The notes below the pieces were generated by a model that was given only the letters and a program-made list of their open reading frames with translations, did no database searches and was not told the origin of the DNA. The position numbers were made by a program, and so were the translations under genes. From IMG/VR virus record IMGVR_UViG_3300026125_000001: a DNA stretch of 64,000 nucleotides; one strand, 5' to 3'. Position 1 is the first letter of the stretch. Each line of letters starts with the position of its first letter. Positions 26,712-34,003 of this stretch are shown in pieces. The DNA comes from an uncultured virus (IMG/VR IMGVR_UViG_3300026125_000001) (lineage: Duplodnaviria > Heunggongvirae > Uroviricota > Caudoviricetes).

Positions 26712-27649
26712 CACTTCCACCTTACATCAGACATAAGTTCAGTCATACAAGCAACAACATTCAATTCATGGTCAGCAACGAATGCGTTTTTGTACTGGTA
26801 CTCGGCAAGGGTTACAACGGTTTGAGGGATAGATTGCGGTTCAATCTTATCGTACATCGTGTCATAAATCTTACGGAAGATAGCCTGTGGTTCAATGTCA
26901 ATATTGTCAGCAACCCACTTGCGCATCACCTTAAAGTCTTTGTCCTTCAGCGAATTGGTCAGTACATTGAAGTTGTCATCAGACAGGTCAACAATAGAGC
27001 CAGCATCGATTTTGCCCGTAATAGAGTGACGCTGAACTTCATTCAACACTCGACGCCAATCAGGAAAATGCTTCTCAACCAGTACAGCCAGTGCCTTCTG
27101 GTCAAACTCAATGTTTTCGATATTGAGGATTTCCTGGAGGCGCTTAAAGAACTGAGCCGCAATCTTAGGTTTCTGATCCTTAGGAATAGCAAACTCATAA
27201 ACCGAACAACGAGAGTGGAGCGGTTCAATAATCTTGTTCTTGAAGTTACAGGTTAGAATGAATCGGCAGTTATTAGAGAACTCCTCGATAAACCCACGGA
27301 GAGCAGGCTGCGTTGACTGAGCATTAAGGTAGTCAGCCTCATCGAGGATAACAACTTTGTACCCGCCAGACAGAGAAACGGAGGAAGCGAACTGACGGAT
27401 TTTGGTACGCAGGGTATCAATGTTGCCGTCTTCAGAAGCGTTGATCAAGATGTAATCTAGGTCAAGCTCATTACATAACGCTTTTGCTACAGTAGTCTTA
27501 CCAACACCAGCCGAACCAGCGAACATCATGTTAGGCAGTTCACCGCCATTCACGATAGACTTAAACGTTTGCTTCAGGGAGTTAGGAAGGATACACTCGT
27601 CGATAGTTTTTGGACGGTAGCGTTCAACGAAGAGAAATTCATCAGCCAT
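26711..27649 (-). CDS. 44: Clamp loader large subunit gp44
   Basis: ERYRP, GSAGVGKT, DEAD, SRC. Confidence 0.95.
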   Translation of the reverse strand: MADEFLFVERYRPKTIDECILPNSLKQTFKSIVNGGELPNMMFAGSAGVGKTTVAKALCNELDLDYILINASEDGNIDTLRTKIRQFASSVSLSGGYKVVILDEADYLNAQSTQPALRGFIEEFSNNCRFILTCNFKNKIIEPLHSRCSVYEFAIPKDQKPKIAAQFFKRLQEILNIENIEFDQKALAVLVEKHFPDWRRVLNEVQRHSITGKIDAGSIVDLSDDNFNVLTNSLKDKDFKVMRKWVADNIDIEPQAIFRKIYDTMYDKIEPQSIPQTVVTLAEYQYKNAFVADHELNVVACMTELMSDVRWK

Positions 27650-27683
27650 TTGGCACCTCATAATATAGTAGATTAGAAAGGGT

Positions 27684-27712
27684 ATTGTACCCTATCTAAA
27701 TGGGAAAGTAAA
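27684..27712 (-). promoter_or_regulatory. Early promoter for gp44
   Basis: TTTACT-N17-TACAAT. Confidence 0.7.
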
Positions 27713-27723
27713 GCGTTTTTTAA

Positions 27724-27798
27724 TGGTGGGACGTACTGGGAACGATCCAGTGACCTGCCGATTATGAGTCGGATGCTCTACCACTGAGCTAACGTCCC
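27724..27798 (-). tRNA. tRNA with CAT anticodon (Ile2-like; Met not excluded)
   Basis: Cloverleaf, loop CTCATAA, encoded CCA; atypical T-loop. Confidence 0.85.
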
Positions 27799-27802
27799 AT
27801 AA

Positions 27803-27879
27803 TGGTCTCCCGAGAAGGATTCGAACCTTCAACCTACAGCTTAGAAGGCTGTTGCTCTATCCAATTAAGCTATCAGGAG
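27803..27879 (-). tRNA. tRNA-Arg(TCT)
   Basis: ACAGC-CTTCTAA-GCTGT arm, TTCGAAT, CCA. Confidence 0.95.
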
Positions 27880-27883
27880 ATAA

Positions 27884-27959
27884 TGGCTCCTCGACCTGGA
27901 CTCGAACCAGGGACCAATAGATTAACAGTCTACTGCTCTACCAACTGAGCTATCGAGGA
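27884..27959 (-). tRNA. tRNA-Asn(GTT)
   Basis: Loop CTGTTAA, TTCGAGT, CCA. Confidence 0.95.
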
Positions 27960-27963
27960 ATTA

Positions 27964-28047
27964 TGGTGGAGGAGGGTGGGTTCGAACCACCGAAGCTTTC
28001 GCGACAAATTTACAGTCTGTTCCATTTGGCCACTCTGGAACTCCTCC
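27964..28047 (-). tRNA. tRNA-Tyr(GTA)
   Basis: Loop CTGTAAA, long variable arm, CCA. Confidence 0.95.
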
Positions 28048-28144
28048 GATTGGAACTTTTATACAGAGTTCCTCAACTGTTGACAGTTTTCGGCTGGGTG
28101 TAGTAGGAGAGTAAGATCCCCAGCCTGTGGTCTGCCTTCCGTAT

Positions 28145-28229
28145 TGGTGCGGGATGAGAGACTCGAACTCTCAAGCCTTGCGGCACTAGAACCTAAATCT
28201 AGCGTGTATACCAATTCCACCAATCCCGC
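28145..28229 (-). tRNA. tRNA-Leu(TAG)
   Basis: CTAGA-TTTAGGT-TCTAG arm, long variable arm, CCA. Confidence 0.95.
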
Positions 28230-28285
28230 AGAGCTAGTTTTGATATCGTAGTCTAGCAAACTACGTCACGGGCGTGTCAGAACTT

Positions 28286-28293
28286 TATTTATA
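28286..28293 (-). promoter_or_regulatory. Late promoter for the tRNA cluster
   Basis: TATAAATA overlapping the upstream stop codon. Confidence 0.7.
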
Positions 28294-28498
28294 CATCGTT
28301 ATAATCGCGAACCCAACCACCTTCGTCAATGATAGCTAGGACCTCATTCGTATGGTCAACCTCCATCATAAGGTTGAAGCAATCAGGTTCTGTCACCTGA
28401 CTCAAACGAACGTCTTCGGCTCCAAGATTAATAGCTTCCGCAAAGGTTTTGGTCGCTTCTTCTACCGAGGCTGTGTATACATCAACTGATACTTTCAT
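28289..28498 (-). CDS. Hypothetical protein
   Basis: SD AGGGG; co-oriented. Confidence 0.6.
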   Translation of the reverse strand: MKVSVDVYTASVEEATKTFAEAINLGAEDVRLSQVTEPDCFNLMMEVDHTNEVLAIIDEGGWVRDYNDV

Positions 28499-28509
28499 TA
28501 TATTTCCCC

Positions 28510-28821
28510 TTAACCGAATAGATCTTCGTATAGCGATTCGACTTCTTCTCGCGCAGTTTGTACCTGAGTGAAAGTCTGTTTATGGTACATAGCAGCGATT
28601 TGCTTAACATACTTTTTCTCAACACCAGTTTCGTCAGCAACCTTCTCGATTGCGTCTTTCTGGAAATCTCGTTCAGCGTCGATACGAGTCATGCTGTTAG
28701 AGATTTCTTTGATTGCGTTCTGGAGCTTTTCTTTGTCTTTCGGATTAGTAATCATTTCAAAAATTATCCCAAATTGTTTACGAATTTCAGTTTGTACAAT
28801 ATCATTCTGCGCGTCAGTCAT
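28510..28821 (-). CDS. dsbA: T4 DsbA-like dsDNA-binding protein
   Basis: IKEISNSMTRID.E..KD..YHKQ.F pattern. Confidence 0.7.
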   Translation of the reverse strand: MTDAQNDIVQTEIRKQFGIIFEMITNPKDKEKLQNAIKEISNSMTRIDAERDFQKDAIEKVADETGVEKKYVKQIAAMYHKQTFTQVQTAREEVESLYEDLFG

Positions 28822-28837
28822 AATATATCAGGGAGGC

Positions 28838-29053
28838 TTATTCAGCCTCCGCTTCTCCTTCTTCAGCTTCTTCTTCAGGCTCTTCATCTGGGCGGTTGGC
28901 TTGAGCGAACTGCGCTAGACGGTCACGCAATGCGCCAACCTGTGCTAGTTCTTGCCCCTCGAACGCACCGCGCTTTGAACAAATGTCGATAATTTGAACA
29001 GCACCGATGATATCGCCGAGGCTTAGTTGTACTGGGGTTGTTTCTTCGGTCAT
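28838..29053 (-). CDS. Conserved hypothetical protein with acidic tail
   Basis: IID.CS.RGAF.G.EL..VG. Confidence 0.7.
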   Translation of the reverse strand: MTEETTPVQLSLGDIIGAVQIIDICSKRGAFEGQELAQVGALRDRLAQFAQANRPDEEPEEEAEEGEAEAE

Positions 29054-29055
29054 GA

Positions 29056-29724
29056 TTATGCTCCGTAAGTTGATGATTTTTCAAGTGCGATAAAGTATTC
29101 CAAGCCACTTTCATTAGCAAACTTGGAGATTAGTTTAGAAGAGATTTCCACGTCATAGTCGCCAGAGATCATCTTCAGGTTAGCAACGTTGAACACAAGA
29201 GAGTATTCTTCGTCACTTGATACGCCAAGGTCGATAGAAAACGAGTTAGCGGTTTTGTCTTTCACATCAGTAACAGTAGCATGTACGATACCGTCCACTG
29301 GCGATATTACAAGGTCATTTACACCCAGCGCAGAAGTAGCCTTGCGGATAGCAGCAAGGTCAGCTGCAGTCAGTTTGAATGAAACGTCAGCAGCTGGCAT
29401 TTTAACTGGCTTGGATGGCGTAGTAAGGATGCCTGGGTCAGAGAAGAAATATTTAACTTTAGAGGTTCCTTCCTTGACTTCAACATAGTTCATGTCATCG
29501 TCGAAGTCCAACTCCGGATCTTCGAACATACTTAGTACACCCAGGAACTCGCCCAAATCGTAAATACCAAACTCAGCCGGAAACTTTTCCGCAACCGTAG
29601 CATTCGCAAGAACGTTCTTAGCTTCAGCCATAGTTTTTAGTTGGTTACCAGCAGAGATAACGATATTCGAATTGATTGAAGAGAAGTTCTTCAGGATGTT
29701 AACAGTTTCGGTCGATAGTTTCAT
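29056..29724 (-). CDS. 45: Sliding clamp gp45
   Basis: MKLS..T..ILKNFSSIN, FGIYDL.EFL, YFIALE. Confidence 0.95.
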   Translation of the reverse strand: MKLSTETVNILKNFSSINSNIVISAGNQLKTMAEAKNVLANATVAEKFPAEFGIYDLGEFLGVLSMFEDPELDFDDDMNYVEVKEGTSKVKYFFSDPGILTTPSKPVKMPAADVSFKLTAADLAAIRKATSALGVNDLVISPVDGIVHATVTDVKDKTANSFSIDLGVSSDEEYSLVFNVANLKMISGDYDVEISSKLISKFANESGLEYFIALEKSSTYGA

Positions 29725-29751
29725 AGATAACTCCATAATTTAAGAGAGGGT

Positions 29752-29780
29752 ATTATAACAAATTTTAAATCAAAAGTAAA
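29752..29780 (-). promoter_or_regulatory. Early promoter for gp45
   Basis: TTTACT-N17-TATAAT. Confidence 0.8.
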
Positions 29781-29797
29781 GGGATATTTTAAATTAT

Positions 29798-30076
29798 TTA
29801 TCCAGCAGGGTTATATGGATTCAACCTTTTCTGTTGGATACGGTACATAATCAAGTAACCAAGAAGGTCAAGGATTACGTCTTCGCCTGCGTCGCTCCCA
29901 CGGCTCAGTCTACTTAGCTTGTCGTCGATACGAACATTCAGCTGCTCTAGCACATCTGCCTTTGAAAAGATGCGTACAGGATTTAGAGCAGAATCGCCAT
30001 ACGCTTTGTTTTTAGATATTAGAAGGGAGGCGATCTCATCGACCACCTCACTAACTTCATTCTCAAATGTCATCAA
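29798..30076 (-). CDS. DUF1599/Nmad1-like all-alpha nucleotide pyrophosphatase-fold protein
   Basis: KN..YGDS, RIDDKLSR, ED...DL.GY. Confidence 0.7.
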   Translation of the reverse strand: MMTFENEVSEVVDEIASLLISKNKAYGDSALNPVRIFSKADVLEQLNVRIDDKLSRLSRGSDAGEDVILDLLGYLIMYRIQQKRLNPYNPAG

Positions 30077-31249
30077 TTAACCTCCGATTGCTTCACGAAT
30101 TGCTTCATCAATACCTTCTTCACGGTCTACTTCCTGGGCTGGCGCTTCACCGATAGAAGCATCAACTTTCTCGTAGAGGTCAAGGAAAGCGTCTTTAGTA
30201 TCTTCCTCAAAGCGGTTGATACACAGTTCAATAGAACGCTTGCGGTCACCGAAGATAGAGAACGTTTCGGCGATATGGCAAAGGCGACGAGTGGTAATCA
30301 ACTCTTCAATACCGTCATCAAAGTAGGTCTTACGAATAGTTTCAGACCAAGTAACGAGCATCTCAGCGAACTCAGCGTCAACAGCGTTGAACTTCTCCAT
30401 ATGCTTCAGGAGTATTTTACGCTCAACCGCAAGCGATGGGTAGGGTTGCTCAAGAGTAACAGGGAAACGCTCGAGGAATGCGTCATCCATCACTGAAGCT
30501 GATACATAGCGACCATCATCGGAACCACGTCCTTTAGTATTAGCGGTCGCAACAACCGTAAAGCCAGGAGCCGGAGTAATTAGCTCACCTGTCTTCTTGA
30601 GCAAAACTGGTTTGCCTTCGAGGACGCCCTGCAGACACATGATCTTGTCAGTGCCACGGTCAATTTCGTCGATCAGTAATACAGCGCCAGCTTTCATAGC
30701 TTTGACGACTGGACCATAGTTAAAAACGGTCTCACCATTGATCAGACGGAAACCACCGAGCAGGTCGTCCTCGTCAGTTTGTGGACTAATCTGTACACGG
30801 ATATACTCACGGTTCAACTTAGCGCAGGTCTGTTCGACCATAGTCGTTTTACCGTTGCCAGACAGACCACTGATAAACATAGGGAAGAAAGATTTGGAGC
30901 TCAGGATAGTCTGAACGTCTTTCGAGTAACCCCAAGCAACATAGCAAGAGTTTGTCGCTGGAACGTAAACATCTTCGTTTACGATAGATTGAATCTTAGC
31001 AGACAATTTCTGTTCCTCAAATTCTGGAGTTGGTTCAACCGCAACCGCAGCGTTGCCACGGAAAGGTACAACAGCTGAAGCCATGTCATAGATACCGCGA
31101 CGAACGCTCGGGAAAGACTTCACGTATTTAATCGCGTCTTTCTTATCCATACCAAGCGATTCAGCAGTTTCGATAACCTGCTTTGGAGCGAATTCAGTTG
31201 TATCTGGGTATGTAGCAGCCAGAACTGAAGCAAGTTTAGTATTCATCAT
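30077..31249 (-). CDS. cobS: CobS/MoxR-like AAA+ ATPase
   Basis: GLSGNGKT, DEID, ANTKG.GS.DGRY, AFLERF. Confidence 0.9.
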   Translation of the reverse strand: MMNTKLASVLAATYPDTTEFAPKQVIETAESLGMDKKDAIKYVKSFPSVRRGIYDMASAVVPFRGNAAVAVEPTPEFEEQKLSAKIQSIVNEDVYVPATNSCYVAWGYSKDVQTILSSKSFFPMFISGLSGNGKTTMVEQTCAKLNREYIRVQISPQTDEDDLLGGFRLINGETVFNYGPVVKAMKAGAVLLIDEIDRGTDKIMCLQGVLEGKPVLLKKTGELITPAPGFTVVATANTKGRGSDDGRYVSASVMDDAFLERFPVTLEQPYPSLAVERKILLKHMEKFNAVDAEFAEMLVTWSETIRKTYFDDGIEELITTRRLCHIAETFSIFGDRKRSIELCINRFEEDTKDAFLDLYEKVDASIGEAPAQEVDREEGIDEAIREAIGG

Positions 31250-31289
31250 AATATAGTCTCCGTTAGGACGTTCATCAATTTATACATGT

Positions 31290-31318
31290 ATTATAGTCGT
31301 TATGCCCAAAGAAGTAAA
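31290..31318 (-). promoter_or_regulatory. Early promoter
   Basis: TTTACT-N17-TATAAT. Confidence 0.8.
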
Positions 31319-31370
31319 GCTAATCGGCAAATTATTTTTGTTATTTTTATACCGATTAGCTATATCCTTA

Positions 31371-33533
31371 TTACGAAATCGCTTCAGCGAATTTCTTAGC
31401 AAGGACTTTGTTACCTTTCTTAGACTTAGCGAACTTCTTGAACGCTCGGGCGATATCGCCTTTCTTAGCATTATCCTTCACTTCAAACTCGTCAGCGGTA
31501 GCAGACTGACGTCCATCGATAATGAAGTATTCGTTGTAACCGTGGTGATCTCCGATAGAAACGACTTTGTCTTGGCGGAATTGCTTCATCAGCATATCCT
31601 GGTTTCGGCAATAGTACGTTTTGTACTTCGCATCACGGGAATTACTAACGATGAAGTAGTTGATACAGTTGTAACCTTTTTTACGAAGATTCTCTAGGAG
31701 TTTCTCAGTAAAGTCACGTCCGTACATATCGCCAGTGCGGATGTATTTACCCTGAACCTTGAAGAAGGTTGAACGGTACGAATCATAGCAATTAGTTCCC
31801 TGGGCATCGCCATCAGTGATAGCAACGAAGTTCACTTTCTGCAGGTTATGCTTGCGTTTGAAGTTATCAAGAACATCATGCATAACAATCAGCGTTTCGT
31901 TAAGAGGAGTACCTCCCAGGCTATCTAACTCACAACAAAAGCTGTTGAAGTAGGCATTTTTGCTTTTGTGAGTAGCACGGTACAGCGTCTCGCAGGCAGT
32001 TTTAAAGGTAGCCTTATTCATAGTAGAAGAAAGCTGCTGGATTATGCACAGCGAGCGGACGTCAATGCTATTGTTTTCACGACGGATTTCGTACCCTTCT
32101 TTAGAAAGGTCCTCGCCATAAGCCGAACCGTTTGTAGTGAACGAGTAGATCTCAAACGGCAAATTAACTTTGCGGCAGAACATTGCCAGAGTGATAGCCT
32201 GCTCAACTACATTACCAACAACCTGATTCATAGAGCCAGAGAAGTCGATGATAGAAACTAGACCGTGGCTCTTGGCATCAGGCGTAATAGTATGACGCAG
32301 GAACAAGTCATCGTTGAACTTGTAGCTGTGTAGTTTGTTTACGTCAATTACACCAGACTTGCCTTCGCTTGAGCGATTGTGCTGATCTGCAGCTTTTTTA
32401 CGCTCAAACTCTTTAGCCATAGCATTGGCGGTTTTCGTAGTTTCAGCCATGAAGTCAACGAAATCCTGACCAATTTCTTCGTAAGCGCTGATGTCCCAGC
32501 TGTCGCCGCGTTCCAAAGCTTTTTGGGTAATTTTCTGACGTCTAGCAATCACATCAGAAGCCGGAATGATTATATCTTTAATGTCATCAGCAAAGATACC
32601 CTGAGAAACTACTGGGGCATCGCCCCAGCGTCCAGTTTCAGCTAGAGACTCTTCGTTTTTACGGAAAGCATCGTCAGTGTAAGAATCGTTCCAGTCATCA
32701 CCAGCACCCAGAGAATCTACAAGCTGATCTTCTGGTGCATCTCCCTCAGAATTTCCCTCACTCTGAGTTGGAAGGCTATCCTGACCCTCGGATCCTGACT
32801 TTTCATCCTGTTCTGGTGAAGCTTCTCCAGCGCTCGAAGTTTCTTCCTCCTCTTGTCCTCTTCCACTTTCTTCAGAAGAAGGAGCTTCAATTGGATTTCC
32901 GCTTTCAAGAGTTTGACCTGAATCTTGTTCGTCAGAGCCTTCACCTTCTTGTTCAGAAGGCATAGTATTTGACTGTTTGTTTTCATTTTTTTCCTTCAAA
33001 AAATCTAAGATTTCTTTACAAACCTCGATGACGTCTTCGAAAGTCTCAACAGCCATCGCCTTATTTAGTAGCGGAGATTCATCGTCCAGGAATGGAACTT
33101 CAACCAATCCACGAGTCTTAGAAGAAACGTTGATGCGGTCGATAAAACCTAGAGAAGATACTGGTCGCTTAGAAAGTCCAAAGAAGTCGCGATCAAGCAA
33201 TTCCTGGTAGCCTTTCATGAAGTTTTTCTTCAGACCAGGGTAAGTCTCGAGGATTTTACGCTCGATACGGATATCTTCAATGATGTTAACCAGAGCACGT
33301 GGGATACCCAAGTCTACAACAGACTCGTGCCAACCTTCAGCTGGGGTGTAAAGAGCGTGGCCAACTTCGTGCCCTTCCAGCAGGTCGTAGAGGTCGTTAG
33401 ACATCTCTTTCCACATAGGTAGGTAAAGTGTACGATTGACCACATCAAACGCTGCAGTGCGCTCGCCTCGACGGACAACATTGATGTTTTCCTTAGCGAG
33501 TAGTTTAGCAAGTATAGATTTGCGTTCAAACAT
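31371..33533 (-). CDS. CobT-like peptidase-VWA protein
   Basis: HEVGH; acidic linker; MIDAS DFSGS, GTPL, TDG. Confidence 0.85.
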   Translation of the reverse strand: MFERKSILAKLLAKENINVVRRGERTAAFDVVNRTLYLPMWKEMSNDLYDLLEGHEVGHALYTPAEGWHESVVDLGIPRALVNIIEDIRIERKILETYPGLKKNFMKGYQELLDRDFFGLSKRPVSSLGFIDRINVSSKTRGLVEVPFLDDESPLLNKAMAVETFEDVIEVCKEILDFLKEKNENKQSNTMPSEQEGEGSDEQDSGQTLESGNPIEAPSSEESGRGQEEEETSSAGEASPEQDEKSGSEGQDSLPTQSEGNSEGDAPEDQLVDSLGAGDDWNDSYTDDAFRKNEESLAETGRWGDAPVVSQGIFADDIKDIIIPASDVIARRQKITQKALERGDSWDISAYEEIGQDFVDFMAETTKTANAMAKEFERKKAADQHNRSSEGKSGVIDVNKLHSYKFNDDLFLRHTITPDAKSHGLVSIIDFSGSMNQVVGNVVEQAITLAMFCRKVNLPFEIYSFTTNGSAYGEDLSKEGYEIRRENNSIDVRSLCIIQQLSSTMNKATFKTACETLYRATHKSKNAYFNSFCCELDSLGGTPLNETLIVMHDVLDNFKRKHNLQKVNFVAITDGDAQGTNCYDSYRSTFFKVQGKYIRTGDMYGRDFTEKLLENLRKKGYNCINYFIVSNSRDAKYKTYYCRNQDMLMKQFRQDKVVSIGDHHGYNEYFIIDGRQSATADEFEVKDNAKKGDIARAFKKFAKSKKGNKVLAKKFAEAIS

Positions 33534-33562
33534 GGGTAACTCCTTCAATTCAGTATACATGT

Positions 33563-33591
33563 ATTATAGTTGGAGTCTACTCGAAAGTAAA
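33563..33591 (-). promoter_or_regulatory. Early promoter
   Basis: TTTACT-N17-TATAAT. Confidence 0.8.
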
Positions 33592-33620
33592 CCCCATTTT
33601 TATACTTCTTTACTATATCC

Positions 33621-33899
33621 TTATAACTGAATTGCCTTTCTGGTTACTATAACTGAAGCGTTCTTGCTTAGGTCTACTAAACCTTTGTAACGCTCTTTGA
33701 GTTCCTTACCTAACTCCTGCGCTCGCGCTTCGCTGAATGGTTCTACTTCTATTTCGTTGAGGTACGCTATTTCTTCGTAAAGCTTCTTGCTGATCGCCTG
33801 ACCTATGCGTAGGTGTGTTAATCCTGGGTCGCTGATTAATACTACTTCGCTTGGCTGAAAACCTTGGTATGCTGCGCGCTCGGTAAAATTAACTTTCAT
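33621..33899 (-). CDS. Hypothetical early protein (coding strand TG-free)
   Basis: GAGGAG SD, own early promoter. Confidence 0.75.
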   Translation of the reverse strand: MKVNFTERAAYQGFQPSEVVLISDPGLTHLRIGQAISKKLYEEIAYLNEIEVEPFSEARAQELGKELKERYKGLVDLSKNASVIVTRKAIQL

Positions 33900-33926
33900 T
33901 TGACTCTCCTCAATTTCAATACATGT

Positions 33927-33955
33927 ATTATAGATGATGAAATGAAGGAAGTAAA
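33927..33955 (-). promoter_or_regulatory. Early promoter
   Basis: TTTACT-N17-TATAAT. Confidence 0.8.
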
Positions 33956-34003
33956 ATACCGATTTAGAATATGGATAGAACTGGAAAGAATAAGCGGTGG
34001 CTG

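Noticed and set aside
28059..28259. 66-aa ORF in the tRNA region
   Set aside because: Overlaps tRNA-Leu on the same strand; TTG start without SD
28233..28265. Bona fide preQ1-I riboswitch
   Set aside because: Loop too short, no ligand-pairing C, and no SD or terminator platform; kept only as a pseudoknot
30077..33533. CobS/CobT as cobalamin auxiliary metabolic genes
   Set aside because: A MoxR-VWA pair is common in T4-like phages, and no cobN or other cob genes are present
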